A stretch of 64,000 bases of DNA, taken from assembly GCF_009914755.1 (NCBI RefSeq), contig NC_060928.1. The stretch is one strand, 5' to 3'. Below the pieces are notes generated by a model that searched no databases, was not told the DNA's origin, and was given only the letters and a program-made list of their open reading frames with translations. The stretch comes from the human T2T-CHM13v2.0 reference genome, Homo sapiens. Position numbers and translations under genes: made by a program. Of this stretch, positions 38,394 to 51,725 are shown piece by piece (within the stretch, counting starts at the first letter, position 1; every line of letters starts with the position of its first letter).

Positions 38394-39769
38394 TAAAAGT
38401 ATTTCTAGGAAAGTACAAACTATTTAAAATCATTAGTTAGTTTTGAACTAAAATCCTTTAAAAATATACAACAAAAAAGGTAGTTTCCAGATGTCCTTTA
38501 CACTGTTACTGAGAATGTAAAATGTCTTTCATTAATTTGGATTCTTTAAACATTCCTCTATGATCATATTTAAGTGTGAAATTTTACTCCCTATTGTTGT
38601 AGATAATCTTTTAGTCAGGTAATGAATAGCACATGGTACAGAAAAACATATACATATACATTTTCATTTCAGCTTTTCTGAAGCCCCATTGTTTATTTCA
38701 GGCTGCTTTACTGAGACTCCTTGCACTAAACGCCTCTGGTTGCATTCCACTCAAGACAAAGGCATATTTTAGGGATGTACCTCTGACAAAGAGGTATTTA
38801 TGGACCAGGAATCAGACTTTGGACAAATGGGCATTTCATTATAACACAGCCTAATTGTTAAAGCTCTTATTGAAAAGAATAAAAATTTCATTAGTCATCA
38901 CAGGAACTCAGCACAAACTCCTCCTCCTTTTCCCCACAATGCACAGAAAGAATGGCAGCTTTAAGCTTATCATTGAACATTTTGAAGGCTTTGGTCCTTC
39001 CTTCCTTTTGTTCCACTTGCACTAAGAAGTATTTTAGTAACAATTGTGAAATAACTGTGGTAATAATTTTAACGAAATTTTATAAATGTAATTGTTAAAA
39101 AAAAAAAAAAGCAAAACTCTGCAATCACTGACAAATGAAATTCCAGTTAGGAGCAGCTGGAGGGCCTGTTCTTGCATGTTCAGGGCTCTAGTATAATTTT
39201 CTGGGACTATGAAGAATTTATAAGATAATTTTGGGGCTCAACTAAGATAAAGACAAAAGTGATTTACAAATCGTGAAGTTTATATAAATTTAAGGGAGTA
39301 AAGTTTGCATGAGTAATTAATATCACCACAACGGTTTTTTATTTCAATGTCTTTTCAGCTTCCAGGAAGCATAGGGATTGATTACTGCCTTAAGTGTAAA
39401 AACTGAAATGGTGAAGGACCAAGATACAATCCAGATCACTATCTAGGGATCAGAAATGCTGACATTAATTAGGTGATGATGTTGTAGAAGTCATGTAAAC
39501 TGTTGGAAGATCAGTGTATTCAAATTTGGAAAAGGTGAAGGTTAGACTAGATGAGGACCATAAACACATGGCAACCAACAGCCCTAACACTTGAGCAACG
39601 TTTGCTAACTGATCACAGAAGTGCTTCTGGCTAAGACAGAGTTCATTCTCAGAATCTTGCTCTCATAGAACCCCAATTAGAGCTGGTTGTCTGTGTTTAA
39701 ACCTATTAAACACACTGAGACTACAGACAATTTTTTAGGGTTTCTTTCTTCCAGATATAAGAAGTGATA

Positions 39770-41730
39770 GTTGCCGTGATTTATAAATAAATCATATTAC
39801 TCCTTTGCTCAAAGTCCTCTAGTGGCTCAACTTTTCACTCAGAGTAAAAGTTTAAGTCTTTAATTAGCCCACTATACAATCTCATTTTTCTTGCCCCTCC
39901 TTCCTCATCCCTCACCTCTTTTCTTCTCTCACTCAACCTGCCCAATCACACTGGTATACTGTTTATTCATGAAACACACTAAGCATTCCCCTGTCTCAGA
40001 AACATCGCAATGACTATTCCCTCTGCCTAGAATGATCTATTTCTAAATATCCGCCTGCTCACTCCCTTATCTCCTTCTAGTCTTTAATAATCTTAACTTT
40101 TCAATAGTTTACACAAAACTTAGCAAAATACAACTCATGGGCCAAATCTGGCAACTGCCTCTTTTTGTACAGCTCAAAGGTAAATGTTTTAGTCTATTTA
40201 ATGTTGCTATAAAAGTATACCGAAGGCTGTTTAATTTTCAAAAAAAAAAAAAGAAAGAAAGAAAAAAGAAAGTTTACTTGGCTCACGATTCTGCCGGCTA
40301 GAAGATTGGGCATCTGGTGGAAGCCTCAGAGTGCTTCACCCATGGTAGAAAGTGAAGGGGAGCTGCCATGTGCAGAGATCACATGGTGAGAGAGGAAACA
40401 AGGGAGGGACTAAGAAGGGGCCAGGATCTTTTCAACAACAAGTTCTTATGGGAACTAATAGAGTGAAATCTCACTCATTACCATGAAGATTTGTGAGGGA
40501 TCCACCCCATGACTCACATAGGTCCCATTAGGCCTCACCTCCAACATTGCGGATCAAATTCTGACATGAAGTTAAGGGGAACAAACATCCAGACTATAGA
40601 AATCTGCCCTGATCTCTCAAATCTTATATCCTTCTCACATACAAAATATAATCATTTAAACCTAATAGTCCCACAAAGTCTTAAATTGTTTCAGCATAGA
40701 CTCAAAAGTCCAAAGTCTCGCCCAAGACTCAAGGCAAGTAAGTTCCTTAAAACTGTGAGTCTCAAAAACAAATGATTTACTGGGAAGATACAATGGTTGT
40801 ATAGGCATTGGGTAAATGTTTCCATTCAAAAAAGAAGATATTGGCCTATAGAAAGTGGTAAAATGCCCCATACAAGTCTGAAACCTAGAAGGGTTAGACA
40901 TTAAGTCTTAAAGCTCTAAAGTAATCTTTGACTTCATGTCCCCATCATGGGCACACTGGTAGAAGGGGGCACCCAAGGTTTTGGGCAGCCGTATTTCCAT
41001 GGCCTTGCTGGGCGCAGCCCAGGTAGCTGGTCTCATCGGTTGGAGTTAAATGCCTGTGGGTTTTCCAGGCAATGGGTGCACAGTATCAGTGGCTCTATAA
41101 TTCTGGAGTCTGTGCAGCAGTGGCCCTGCTCCCATAGCTCCAATAGGTACTGTCCTACTAGAGGCTCTCCATGATGGCTCTGTCTCGGTGGCAAGTTTCT
41201 GCCTGGGCGTCAAGGCTTTCTTATACATCCTCTGAAATCTAGGTGGAAGCTGCCAAGCCTCCACCACTCTTGCATTCTGTGTGCCTGCAGACTTAACACC
41301 ACATGGATGCCACACAGGCTTATTGTTTGCACTCTCCAGAGGAGCAATCCAAGCAGTACATGGAGCTGTTTGACCCATGGCTGTAGCCAGAGCAGTTGGA
41401 ATGCAGGAAACAACATCCTGAGGTGGCATTAGGACAATGGGGCCCCAGGCTTGGCCCCTCAAACCATTATATTATCCTGAACCTCTAGACCTATGACAAG
41501 AAAGATGATCTCTTTGGGACCTTTTCTCCCACTGTCTTGACTACTGGCACCAACCAGGCTCTTTTCTATCTCTGCTAATGATAGAGACTTTCTGTCTATC
41601 AATAAGAGCACAAATTCCATGATGTCAGAGATTTTTTTGTCCATTTGATTCCCTGATATATTCCCAGTACCTGAGCAGTGTCTGATTCATAGTTGGTATT
41701 CAATAATACATTTTTTTTGGTATAAATGAA
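39770..41730 (+). mobile_element. L2 3' region split by a MER58-like fragment (~40110-40180) and an MST element
   Basis: 'actcctttgctcaaagtcctctagtggctc', 'ctctgcctagaatg'; resumes at ~41590 'cccagtacctgagcagtgtctg...tcaataatacattt...aatgaa'. Confidence 0.7.
40185..41580 (-). mobile_element. MST (MSTB-like) MaLR: 3' LTR 40185-40600 plus truncated internal region
   Basis: 'tgttttagtctatttaatgttgctataaaag'...'gggaacaaacatccagactata', then MST-int motifs; 5' LTR absent. Confidence 0.88.
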
Positions 41731-42049
41731 TTCTATAGATGATACTTTCATTAAGCAGAAATAAATTAGGTTATTTAGAAAAGCCTTCAGGAGAAGATGA
41801 TATTTGAGTGTTAAAACATACTAAGGACTTAGAAAACATTTTTCCTTAAAGGGGTACCAAATGAAGAGAGAAAAACAATGCACAAGATCTTTTCATAAAA
41901 AATGGTGTAGAGCAGTCTAAATGTAGAGCCCATGACGTGGAAAGGTGGTGAGAAGTGGGTTGAACCCAGATTGTGGAGGGCCTGCAATGTCTGATTAAGA
42001 TGCTTGAGTTTAATACTTAAAAAATGAATATTTCAGGAAGATATAGCTG

Positions 42050-42866
42050 ATAATTATATATATCATATGTAATATATATTATATATATCAATATATTATG
42101 TATAATATATATTATATGTAATATATTACATATAATAATATATATTATATGTAATATATATATATATAATTATATATAATATATAATATAATATATTATA
42201 TATAATATATTATATTTAATATATAATAAATTATATATATAATATATAATAAATTATATATATAATATATATAATAAACTATATATAATATATATAATAA
42301 ACTATATATATAATATATATAATAAACTATATATATTATATATATAATAAACTATATATATAATATATATAATAAATTATATATATAATATACATAATAA
42401 ACTATATATATAATATATATAATAAATTATATATATAATATACATAATAAACTATATATATAATATACATAATAAATTATATATATAATATACATAATAA
42501 ACTATATATATAATATACATAATAAATTATATATAATATATATAATAAATTATATATAATATATATAATAAATTATATATATAATATATATAATAAATTA
42601 TATATAATATATATAATAAATTATATATATAATATATATAATAAATTATATATATAATATATAATAAATTATATATATAATATATATAATAAATTATATA
42701 TATAATATATATAATAAATTATATATATAATATATATAATAAATTATATATATTATATATATAATAAATTATATATATAATATATATAATAAATTATATA
42801 TATAAAATATATATAATTATATATATAAATATAATTATATATATATATATATAAATATAAATAAAG
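42050..42866. repeat. ~810-bp almost pure A/T minisatellite, ~25-bp unit ATAATAAATTATATATATAATATAT
   Basis: 'ataataaatt' recurs at 42661, 42686 and 42711; unit variants differ by TA count and a few C substitutions. Confidence 0.96.
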
Positions 42867-43082
42867 GTTGGAGTGGGTAAAATAATATATAAGAATTGCA
42901 GTAGCCCAGGCTCAGATGACTCAATATTTCATATTGGGCAGGCAGATGGGATGAAAAAGATAGAATGGCATTTAAGTGACTAAACAGCTGTGAGACTGTG
43001 AGGTCCCTAAAGATGGAAGGAAGTGAGGAACAGGCAGAAGGGGGAAGAGTGAACAGCAATGACAGATGATTCCACACTCTAA

Positions 43083-43291
43083 TAATTTTATTTTCACCTT
43101 TTATTTTAGGTTCAGGGAGTATATCCACAGGTTTGTTACATAGGTAAATTGCACGTCACTGAGGTCTGGTGTACAAAGGATCCCATCACCCAGGTAGTGA
43201 GCATGGTATCTAATGAGTAGTTTTTCAACCCTCACCCTCCTGGCACCCTCCTCCTTCTAGTAGTCCCCAGTACCCAGTGTCTGTTGGTTCC
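43083..43291 (-). mobile_element. Old L1PA (PA15/16-like) 3'-end fragment
   Basis: 'cttttattttaggttcaggg...gtttgttacataggtaaattgcacgtcactgagg'. Confidence 0.85.
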
Positions 43292-43300
43292 ATAAGATGA

Positions 43301-44433
43301 TTTTATTTTATTTTTTTATCATTCATTTAGGTTCAGGGTATATGCACAGGTTTGTTGTATAAGTAAACTCATGTCATAGGGGTTTGTTGTACAGATTATT
43401 TTGTCACCCAGTTACTAGGCCTAGTAAACAAATTTTTTTATTTATATATTTTTATTTTTATTTATTTATTTATTTTTTGCTCCTCTATCTCCTCCTACCC
43501 TCCACCCTCAAGGAGGCCCCAGTGTCTCCTGTTTCCATTTTTGTGTTCATGAGTTTTCATCATTTAGCCCCCGCTTGTAAGTGAGAACATGAGGTCTTTG
43601 GTTTTCTGTTCCTGCACTCGTTTGCTAAAGATAATGGCCTCCAGCTCCATCCATGTTCCTACCAAAGACATAATCCCATTCTTTTTTATGGCTGCATAGT
43701 ATTCTACGGTGTATATGTACCACATTTTCTTTATTCAAGCTGTCCCTGATGGGCATATAGGTTGATTCATTTCTTTGCTATTGTGAATAGTGCTGCAATG
43801 AACATTCACATACATGTGTCTTTATGGTAAAATGATTATATTCTCTTGGGTATATACTCAGTAATGGGATTGCTGGGTTGAATGGTAGTTCTACTTTTAG
43901 CTCTTTGAGGAATCACCACACAGCTTTCCACAGTGGTTGAACTAATTTACACTCCCACCAACAGTGCCTAAGTGTTTACTTTTCTCTGCAAACTCACTAG
44001 CATTTGTTATTTTTTATTTTTTTTAATAATAGCCATGCCAACTGGTGTGAGATGGTATGTAATTGTGGTTTTGATTTGCATTTCTCTAATGATCATTGAT
44101 GTTGAGCTTTTTTCCATAGGCAATCCTATCCTTCTAGAAATGGGCAAAGATTTCATAAGAAAGATACTAAAAGCAATCACAATAAGAACAAAAACTGACA
44201 AGTGGGATCTACTTAAATGTGAGAGCTCTTGCACAGCAAAATACTATCAACAGAGTAAAGACAGCTGACAGAATGGAAGAAAATATTTATAAACTATGCA
44301 TCTGACAAAGGTCTAATATCCAGCATCTATAAGGAATTTAAATTTACAAGAAACAAACAGCCCTTTTAAAAAGTGGGCAAAGGACATGGACAGATACTGT
44401 TCTAAAGAAGATGTATAGGTAGCCAAAAAGCAT
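43301..44433 (-). mobile_element. Old L1PA (PA13-15-like) with 5' inversion (inverted part 44118-44433)
   Basis: Antisense L1 up to 'gttgagcttttttccata', then sense L1 'ggcaatcctatcc...gccaaaaagcat'; likely TSD aagatgat (43294 / 44442). Confidence 0.88.
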
Positions 44434-44774
44434 TTTTTTAAAAGATGATGTTAAATTGTGTTCTCTTCATCATATCTTCTCTATTTGATTTTTAAAAAAT
44501 TACATTATTTTTCACAGAAACAAAAAATATAAAGCTGTTTTTATTAAACTATAAAAAAGACAGCAGGTTAGATGTATAGCAAAAAACTTATTTTGTTTTG
44601 ATATTAAAAACAAATTCATAGTACAATACATAATAAGTATTTGCTATGAAGGAAATTAGTGTCAAGCATATTTTGGGATAGGAAAGTTTGGGATAATCAT
44701 TAATGTTCAAGTAAGCTGTTAAGTACATTTGAAATTTTTGTATTCCAGTAAAAGCAGGTAAAGTGATTGATTGA

Positions 44775-44948
44775 GATTATGGATTTTGGAGATTAGACCT
44801 GGATCCAGTCCTAAAGAATCATTTACTTTCAGCTTACCTTATCTTTAAAATAGGTGTTTACAAAGGGTTATTTAATAGAATTAACATGATAAAGAATATA
44901 AAACACTACCTAGTGAGTAGCTATTCCAAAAATAGTAGCTATTATTGT
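44775..44948 (+). mobile_element. MIR
   Basis: 'ggattttggagattagacctggatcc...cttatctttaaaatagg...tagctattattgtt'. Confidence 0.6.
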
Positions 44949-45047
44949 TATGGATTGTGTAAATACATATGTAAAGACAATCAGGGTTTGAAAACAAACA
45001 ATATTTATTTAATCTCTACTTAATTAGCTCAACTTAATACCAGGAAC

Positions 45048-45553
45048 TATTGAGTGTCAACTTGATTGGATTGAGGGATGCAAAGTATTGTTCCTGGGTG
45101 TGTCTGTGAGGGTGTTGCCAGAGGAAATTAACATTTGTCAGTGGAATGGGAGAGGCAGACCCACCCTAAATCTGGGTGGCCACCATCTAATCAGCTGCCA
45201 GCAATGGTAGGATAAAAGCAGGCACAGGAAACATGGAAAGACTAGACTGGCTTAGTTTTCCAGCCTACATCTTTCCCCGGTGCTGGATGCTTCCTGTCCT
45301 CAAACATCGAACTCCAAATTCTTCAGCTTTGGGACTCTTAAGACTTTCTACCACAGACTGAAGCCTGCACTGTTGACTTCCCTACTTTTGAGGTTTGCGG
45401 ACTCAGAGTGGCTTCCTTGCTCCTCAGCTTGCAGACAGCCTATTGTGGGACCTCACCTTGTGATCATGTGAGTCAATACTCCTTAATAAATGCCCCTTTA
45501 TATAGACATCTATCCTATTAGCTCTGTCCCTCTACAGGACCCTGACTAATATA
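45048..45553 (+). mobile_element. MLT2A-type (HERV-L) solo LTR
   Basis: 'tgagtgtcaacttgattggattgagggatgcaaagtattgttcctgggtgtgtctgtgagggtgttgcca'...'ccctgactaata'. Confidence 0.9.
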
Positions 45554-45774
45554 TTGTTACATGTTGAGGATGCACAGATGAGCAAGGCCCTGACCTGACT
45601 TTAATAAGTGACCTATATTTAATAAAGTGTTTCAGACGCTATGACTGAAGTTCCAAGAGGGCAGAGAATTTAGACCACGCCACCACCACAAAGGAATTTC
45701 AACAAATAAAACCATGTGCTTTTTGTGTGGCCTGATGCTTTTCACTAAAAATATACATAAAACCTTCTATTTGG

Positions 45775-46720
45775 AAGTCATTCATTTTTTTCCACAGTTA
45801 TATATATTGAGCATCTTCCATTTCCATGCACTTTTCTTGGAGCTGGACATATAGCAACAAGGAAGACAGTATTTCTTCTCTCATGGAGGTTTCAATCTAA
45901 TAAAAGGAGAAAAATCATCCTGGAAAAGTAAATAATTAAAACAAGTTTAAAAAATAGGCAAGATAAATTCAGTCAGTTATACATACTATAAAGAAAATGA
46001 AACCTAGGTGGTACGACTGACCACTTTTAGAGATAAAGGACTACATTGGATAGAGTACAGAGTAAGTCTTCTCTGAAAGAGGTGTACCTGGCTGGCACCC
46101 AGATTATAAAACACCAGCCAGGCAGAAAGAAAAAAAAGAAACACATTGGAAAAAGAGAATTCCAGATACAGGGAATAGTTAGTACAAATCACTTCAGGAG
46201 GGAACAAACTCAGCCAATTCAGTGAACAGGACTGTTTAACAATATAGAGAAATAAGGAAAAGAGAATAAAGCTATGAAATCAGAGAAGTATTCTCAACTA
46301 TAAGCCAAATACAAGCACTTCAATGTGGCAGAAAGTTACAGAGAATGATTTCATTTCTATATGCAAGGATTTAACTCAATGTTCTAGAACTCTTGAGGTT
46401 ATCTACTTTTCCTAATCATCTAAGTAAAATTTTTTATTCAACCAATAAATACTTGTGAACACCTATGCAGAACAAAGACTTGAAGACATTTAACCCATAG
46501 GAGAGCTCAGAAATTAGGACCTAATTCTGAGGAAGAGATCACATCTGGTTGGGCAAATCTGAGAAGGTTTTGTGATGAAGTTGGCATTTGAGCTAGGGTA
46601 GGTAGGTAAGATTTAGGCATATAAAACATGATGATGTTGAAGGGGCACAAAAAGTCATTCCAGGAAAAAGCATGAAGAAAGTCATAGAAATAAGTGGTTA
46701 AGGCAAGAGCATGTTGTTTG
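45775..46720 (-). mobile_element. L2 fragments
   Basis: 'tcattcatt...tattgagcatc', 'ttctctcatggaggtttcaatcta', 'gcatttgagctagg'. Confidence 0.6.
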
Positions 46721-47799
46721 AAATTATTACTTTAAAATGGCTTTAAGTTTTAAAATTCAATAGACCATTGTCAAAGCTCAACTTGATCTTGTCACATTAT
46801 CGTCTCCCACTTTCCTTAGCAAGAAATTATATGTGTGTTAATCACAATTCTGAGAGATACATCACACATCTAAATACACGGAGCAGTCAGGGAGGTGGGA
46901 CGAGCAGGTCATTCCTCCTAACCTCACGACATAGTCATGCTAAATCTTCTGCTCCTAAGTGCAGCACACTGGGGGAAAGGAAAGGCCAAAAGAGGGAGGG
47001 TCATCAACTGCAGAGTTCCACGGGGTTCCAGGTGATTGCAGGTTATAAAGCAGCTTGGTGCCTGTATAGGCTTAGTAAATCAAGAAGTGATGTTAAGATA
47101 ATGGAAACAGCCTGCTTTGTATAAATTTGTTTACTCTGTTCTCAATAGGTAACATAATTTGCATCATATGCTCTATTTATGACACACCTGGATTCAGAAA
47201 TGAGGTCATTAAGTTATAAACTTCATCTGGTTCTTTTGTGAAAAATAGACATCAACTATTAGCCCACTTATAAAATAACCTGTATAAATTGTACCACCTG
47301 TCTCCATGAAGCCTCTTCAAGTGTTCACAAATGTCATTTCAGATGATATTTCAAAGTTATGTATGTGTTTCTTCTGTAATATGTCAAGTTTGCAATGGGT
47401 TTTTATTGCAATGTTTCTGGTTGATTAATGTGAGATCAAACAGACCATAAGGACATAAACTGCTGATCCATATGGGTAGGGTGGGACTGGAGATGGCCTT
47501 CAGCAGATGAAGCTGAAGACAAAGCACAATTACATTTATAATAAAGTCATGGAGTCTTAGATTTCTACGTAGTAACTTCTTTAGATCTATTTATTTGAAC
47601 AACTTGCAATCTTCTACCCTCTTGCAGTTGTCAGGCACTTAACATATTTCGAATAATTAATAGGGTTGATGTTTAGGCAAATTGGAAAACAAAAAGATCT
47701 TAAGATTTAATCTTTTGGGGTTAGTCATAAAGGGGCAGAATTTTCATGAGCATTAGTTCTTCAGCATTTTATTTAATTCTGTCAGTGATAGAAACATTC

Positions 47800-48930
47800 T
47801 GCCATTTATTGATCCAAGGAATGTTTGCGGAGAATCTGCTCTGTAACAGCCATGGTGCTGGAAGCTAAGGATTCAATGTGGCAAAAACAGGGAGAGTCCC
47901 TGAATCAGCTAAACCACTAAACCATAGGAAAGTAACCCACTACAATACAAAGAATGAGGAAACTGCGGTGGATGGAGAAGCACCACACCCGGGCTCTGAG
48001 TCTCAGGGATGGCTGCCTGAAAAAACTACCATATAGGCTGAGACATAGGTAAGCTGTAGAAAAGTGATGGACAAGGAAAAGTCCCACATGTGCAGAACCT
48101 AGCTCTTTTCAGGAAAGCTGTGCTGGAGTATCAGGATCAGGGTCCCTGATAACCAATCTAAATCAGGTCATTCACTAATACTATTTAAATGTATCCTCTA
48201 CTTTTATTTTTTTAAACAAAAACTTAATAAGTGTGATTCTATATTTATGTGATTTTAAAAAAATTCTATCTCCTCATGTCCTGCTTTGTTCACCCCACTT
48301 TTTGGCACATAGTAGGCACTCAGTGTTTGTTGAACCAATGAAAGGGCAAATACCTGAGAGGTGAGAGAGGGAATAGAAGAACAGGCTCTAGAGAGTTAGC
48401 CAGGGGATAAATCAAGCAGGTTTTTTTGGCCACACTGGGGAGTCTTACCTTCATCCTAAGAGTAGCAGGAGATAGAGAAATGTTTAAAGCCGTGGTTGCA
48501 TTTTAGAAAAATCATTTTGCTTACAATGTAAGGAACAGACTGGAAAAGAGTAGAGGTAAATCTATCAGTTACCTGAGAAAACAGTGATTATGTCATTGGG
48601 GATGGACTTGAGAGACAGGAAAAGAAATTGATAAAGCTTTGTGACTGGTTAAATAAGAAAGAGGGAGAATAATGTTTTCCAAGATGACCCATAGCTTTCT
48701 GCACTGGGAAGCTAGATGAATCACCAAGAAAAGCAATGTTTTGTCTTTGATTTTGGTAATGAAGGGAGAAATGACAGATTCCATTTTGAGCATAAGTTTA
48801 ATATGCCCACGGGTCATATGAGAGATGGCAAGGTGGAAGGTGGATGTAAACCTCTGAAGTTCATGAGCGAAATCTTGGTTAGAGATGGAGATTTATGAGC
48901 TACTAGAATATAGATAATAATTAAAGTTTT
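47800..48930 (-). mobile_element. L2 fragments (with a + strand L2 3' end at ~48150-48345)
   Basis: 'gcattttagaaaaatcattttgctt', 'ttttgagcataagtttaatatgcc'; + strand 'tggcacatagtaggcactcagtgtttgttgaa'. Confidence 0.65.
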
Positions 48931-50659
48931 CACTGATGCAGCTGAAAGGACTTCTGGAGAACTTGCTTCTCTTGTCAAATTCTTAAAGGTCTCTCTTTTA
49001 GGCTGATTTTAACTAATTTATAAGCTGAGAAATAAGTCACAAAAGATGGTTTATAACTTTGGGGAAAAGGACATGGCCAGTTTTTCAAACATTGTGAAGG
49101 CCAGTATCATGGGAGAGCCACAAAGTGACAGTTGGACTCCATAGGTCTTTACATCTCAGTTCAAAGTGCATTTTCAGCTCCTAGCTGGGTAATGAATTTT
49201 TGTCACTAGTCTTCTTCGGATAAGAGACATACATAGCGGACACTGTTATCCGAAAATACTAAATTCATCTGGCCCCGCTAGTGTTTACATATACCATTGT
49301 CCCCCACCTCACATTTAAATTGTCTTTCTGATGCACGCACCTTCACCATAGAATCTTATTTGATACTTTGACACCGCCCTTTCATTTTTAGTTTTGCTAT
49401 GACCTGTGTAGCAGAGGAGGACCACATGTGCCTTGGATGTGTTTTGATTGTTTTGTTATGGCAACAACGTCTTAAAAAAGTTTTAATGGCATTACACTTC
49501 ATTACTATACAAGCACCTTAGCATTAATTGTCTTTCATCCTATTTAATTTTGGTATTTATGTTAAATGCATGCCCTCTGCTTATATTTGGTTTGTGCCCC
49601 TTACCCTGTACCATTAAGATCAAGGACAAAAGCACATACAAGTTATCAAAGTGGAAAAGAGGAGGAAAAAAGTAAACTAATGTGTGTAATGGACATTGAA
49701 AGGAGGAGTATTTTATTAAAACCTTCCTGAAGAGGTTTAAAAACTAACTAAAATGGTTTCCCATTTTGCCAGATAGACCTGGCAAAGGTAACTACATAAT
49801 CAAAGGTGAAACATGAGTGAATATTTTCAAGGATGTGTAGGCAGTACAGTGTTAAGTATATAATGTTTGCAGGCAATAATGAAGGACTCCAAATGCCATG
49901 GTAAGGGTTTTGACATATCTTAGGCAGCAGACAGTCAGGAAAGTGACACCACAGAAAAGTATAATCAGACTTTTATTTTAGAAAGTACATCTTGGCAGTA
50001 ATCATGGATTTGAAGGAAATAAGGCCAAAAAAACTAGGTCATTTTTTATGGCATTCACATCTAAATAAATTCAGAATCCACCATACTACAGAAATCTTGA
50101 TGTCTGAAATTTTGAACCATAACCTCTTGCTCTTTCAAGTCTCCCAGTAAATTCAACCCTCGTTATTTTTAGGGCCAAAAGCCTTTCAACCATTTTTTTC
50201 CCCCAAGCTTATTTTTCTTTTCTATCCCTATGAAGCCTAAAACACATAGATCAACATTTCAACTGTACACTCAGTGACATCTCAGATTCTTTTTTCCCCT
50301 AAGTCTAACCTTTTTGCCAATTCTTAGTTCAAGGTACACTCAACGAAATGTACTAGTACCTTGGTTCTAAATAATCTTTACAAAAAGCATGCATTTAGAT
50401 TGGTTGTCTTTATGATAAGCCCTCAATGTTATCTTTCAATCCTTTCATTCACCTCTGTTTTATCTCCCTATCTTTTATTCACCTCTGTTTATCTCCCCAT
50501 CTTTGTAGGTTCTAGTTCCCTACTCCTGGAAATTATAAACATTTCCCAGGAGGTTTGTTAAAAGTTTTACAACCCAATCCGGATGTAGATAAATAGATCC
50601 TGACCTCATAAAACCTATCTTCCGGTTCACACTCACTCTACTGCATCTAGTTAATCTTC

Positions 50660-50845
50660 CAAGCGATGATTCTGGTGCATCAGAAATTTATTATCCTTAA
50701 TTCATCTTAAAAATGCAGATTCTTGAAATGCACCCCAGGCCTAATGAGTCAAATTATCTGAAAGTGGAGCTCAGAAATTTCCAATTCTAAGAAACCTCCT
50801 GTGTGATTCCTGGGTACACCAAAGTTGCAAACTACAGCTTTAAAA
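50660..50845. mobile_element. MER5B/MER5A-like DNA transposon relic
   Basis: 'aaaaatgcagattcttg...ccccaggcctaatgagtcaaa...tgtgtgattcctgggtacaccaaagttg'. Confidence 0.65.
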
Positions 50846-51253
50846 ACTGTGTGGAATGAGAAGCAAGAGAAAACAATGAATTGTAGGAGCCCAAGGGGCA
50901 AATAATATCCTGCTCTCATTTCCTTCCAGTCATAGCATGAAACCAAGCCACTTCACAGCAAAACTAAAGAAAGCCTTTCAAAGTGTTTAGTGTGTGGACA
51001 TGAGAACTATATATAAGAAAAGTTGATATGAGTCATAACTCAGTGTAATTGCATCCTGTTATCAACAAATATAGGTGATGTTATAGACATTTAAGTTTAG
51101 GGGCATAGCATAAAAAACTAAGGAAAGTAGACTATTGACACATAGTCACTTTTTAGCTCCTTGGTCTTCTTGAGGTTTTTGTGTAAGTTAGAAACTTGAT
51201 TGAAATAATAAATCCATTTGCTAGAAAATAAATCTTAAAATTTTGATTTGTAT

Positions 51254-51725
51254 TGTGAACTCCAAATATCTGAGACAGCTCCCAGTCAACGGAGAAAGTT
51301 TATTTTGCCAAGGTTAAGGACATGTGCCTGTGACAAAGACTCTGGAGGTCCTGATAACATATGCTCAAGGTGGTTGGGACACAGCTTGGTTTTATACATT
51401 TTAGGAAGACATGAGAGATCAAACAATATATGAAAGATGAACACTGGTTCAGTCCAAAATGGTGGGACAACTGGAAGCAAAGGTGAGACAACTTGAACTA
51501 GGGAGGGGACTTTCAGATCATAGGTAGATAAGAGACAACCAGCTGCACACTTTTGAGTTTCTAATTAGCCTTTCCAAAGGAGGCAATCAGATATGCACTT
51601 CCCTCAGTGAGCAGAGGGATTACTTGGAATAGAATGTGAGGCAGGTTTGCCCTAAGCAGTTCCCAGCTTGACTTTTCCCTTTGGCTCAGTGAGTTGGGGG
51701 TCCCAAGATTTATTTTCCTTTTACA
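51254..51725 (-). mobile_element. MER4A-type ERV1 3' LTR
   Basis: TG...CA ends; 'aaagtttattttgccaaggttaaggac...ggttttatacattttagg'; followed by reverse-strand polypurine tract 'tttctcccc'. Confidence 0.9.

Noticed and set aside
38700-38795. Possible + strand exon (tttcag ... GAG|gtattt)
   Set aside because: Weak donor and short pyrimidine tract; cannot be supported without transcript data.
42230-42800. Regular ~25-bp periodicity superficially like a CRISPR array
   Set aside because: Tandem units have no unique spacers, there are no cas genes, and the context is eukaryotic.
46765-47124. 118-aa ORF in a slightly GC-richer patch
   Set aside because: Non-ATG start and no homology recognised; probably an old LTR-derived fragment that I cannot assign.
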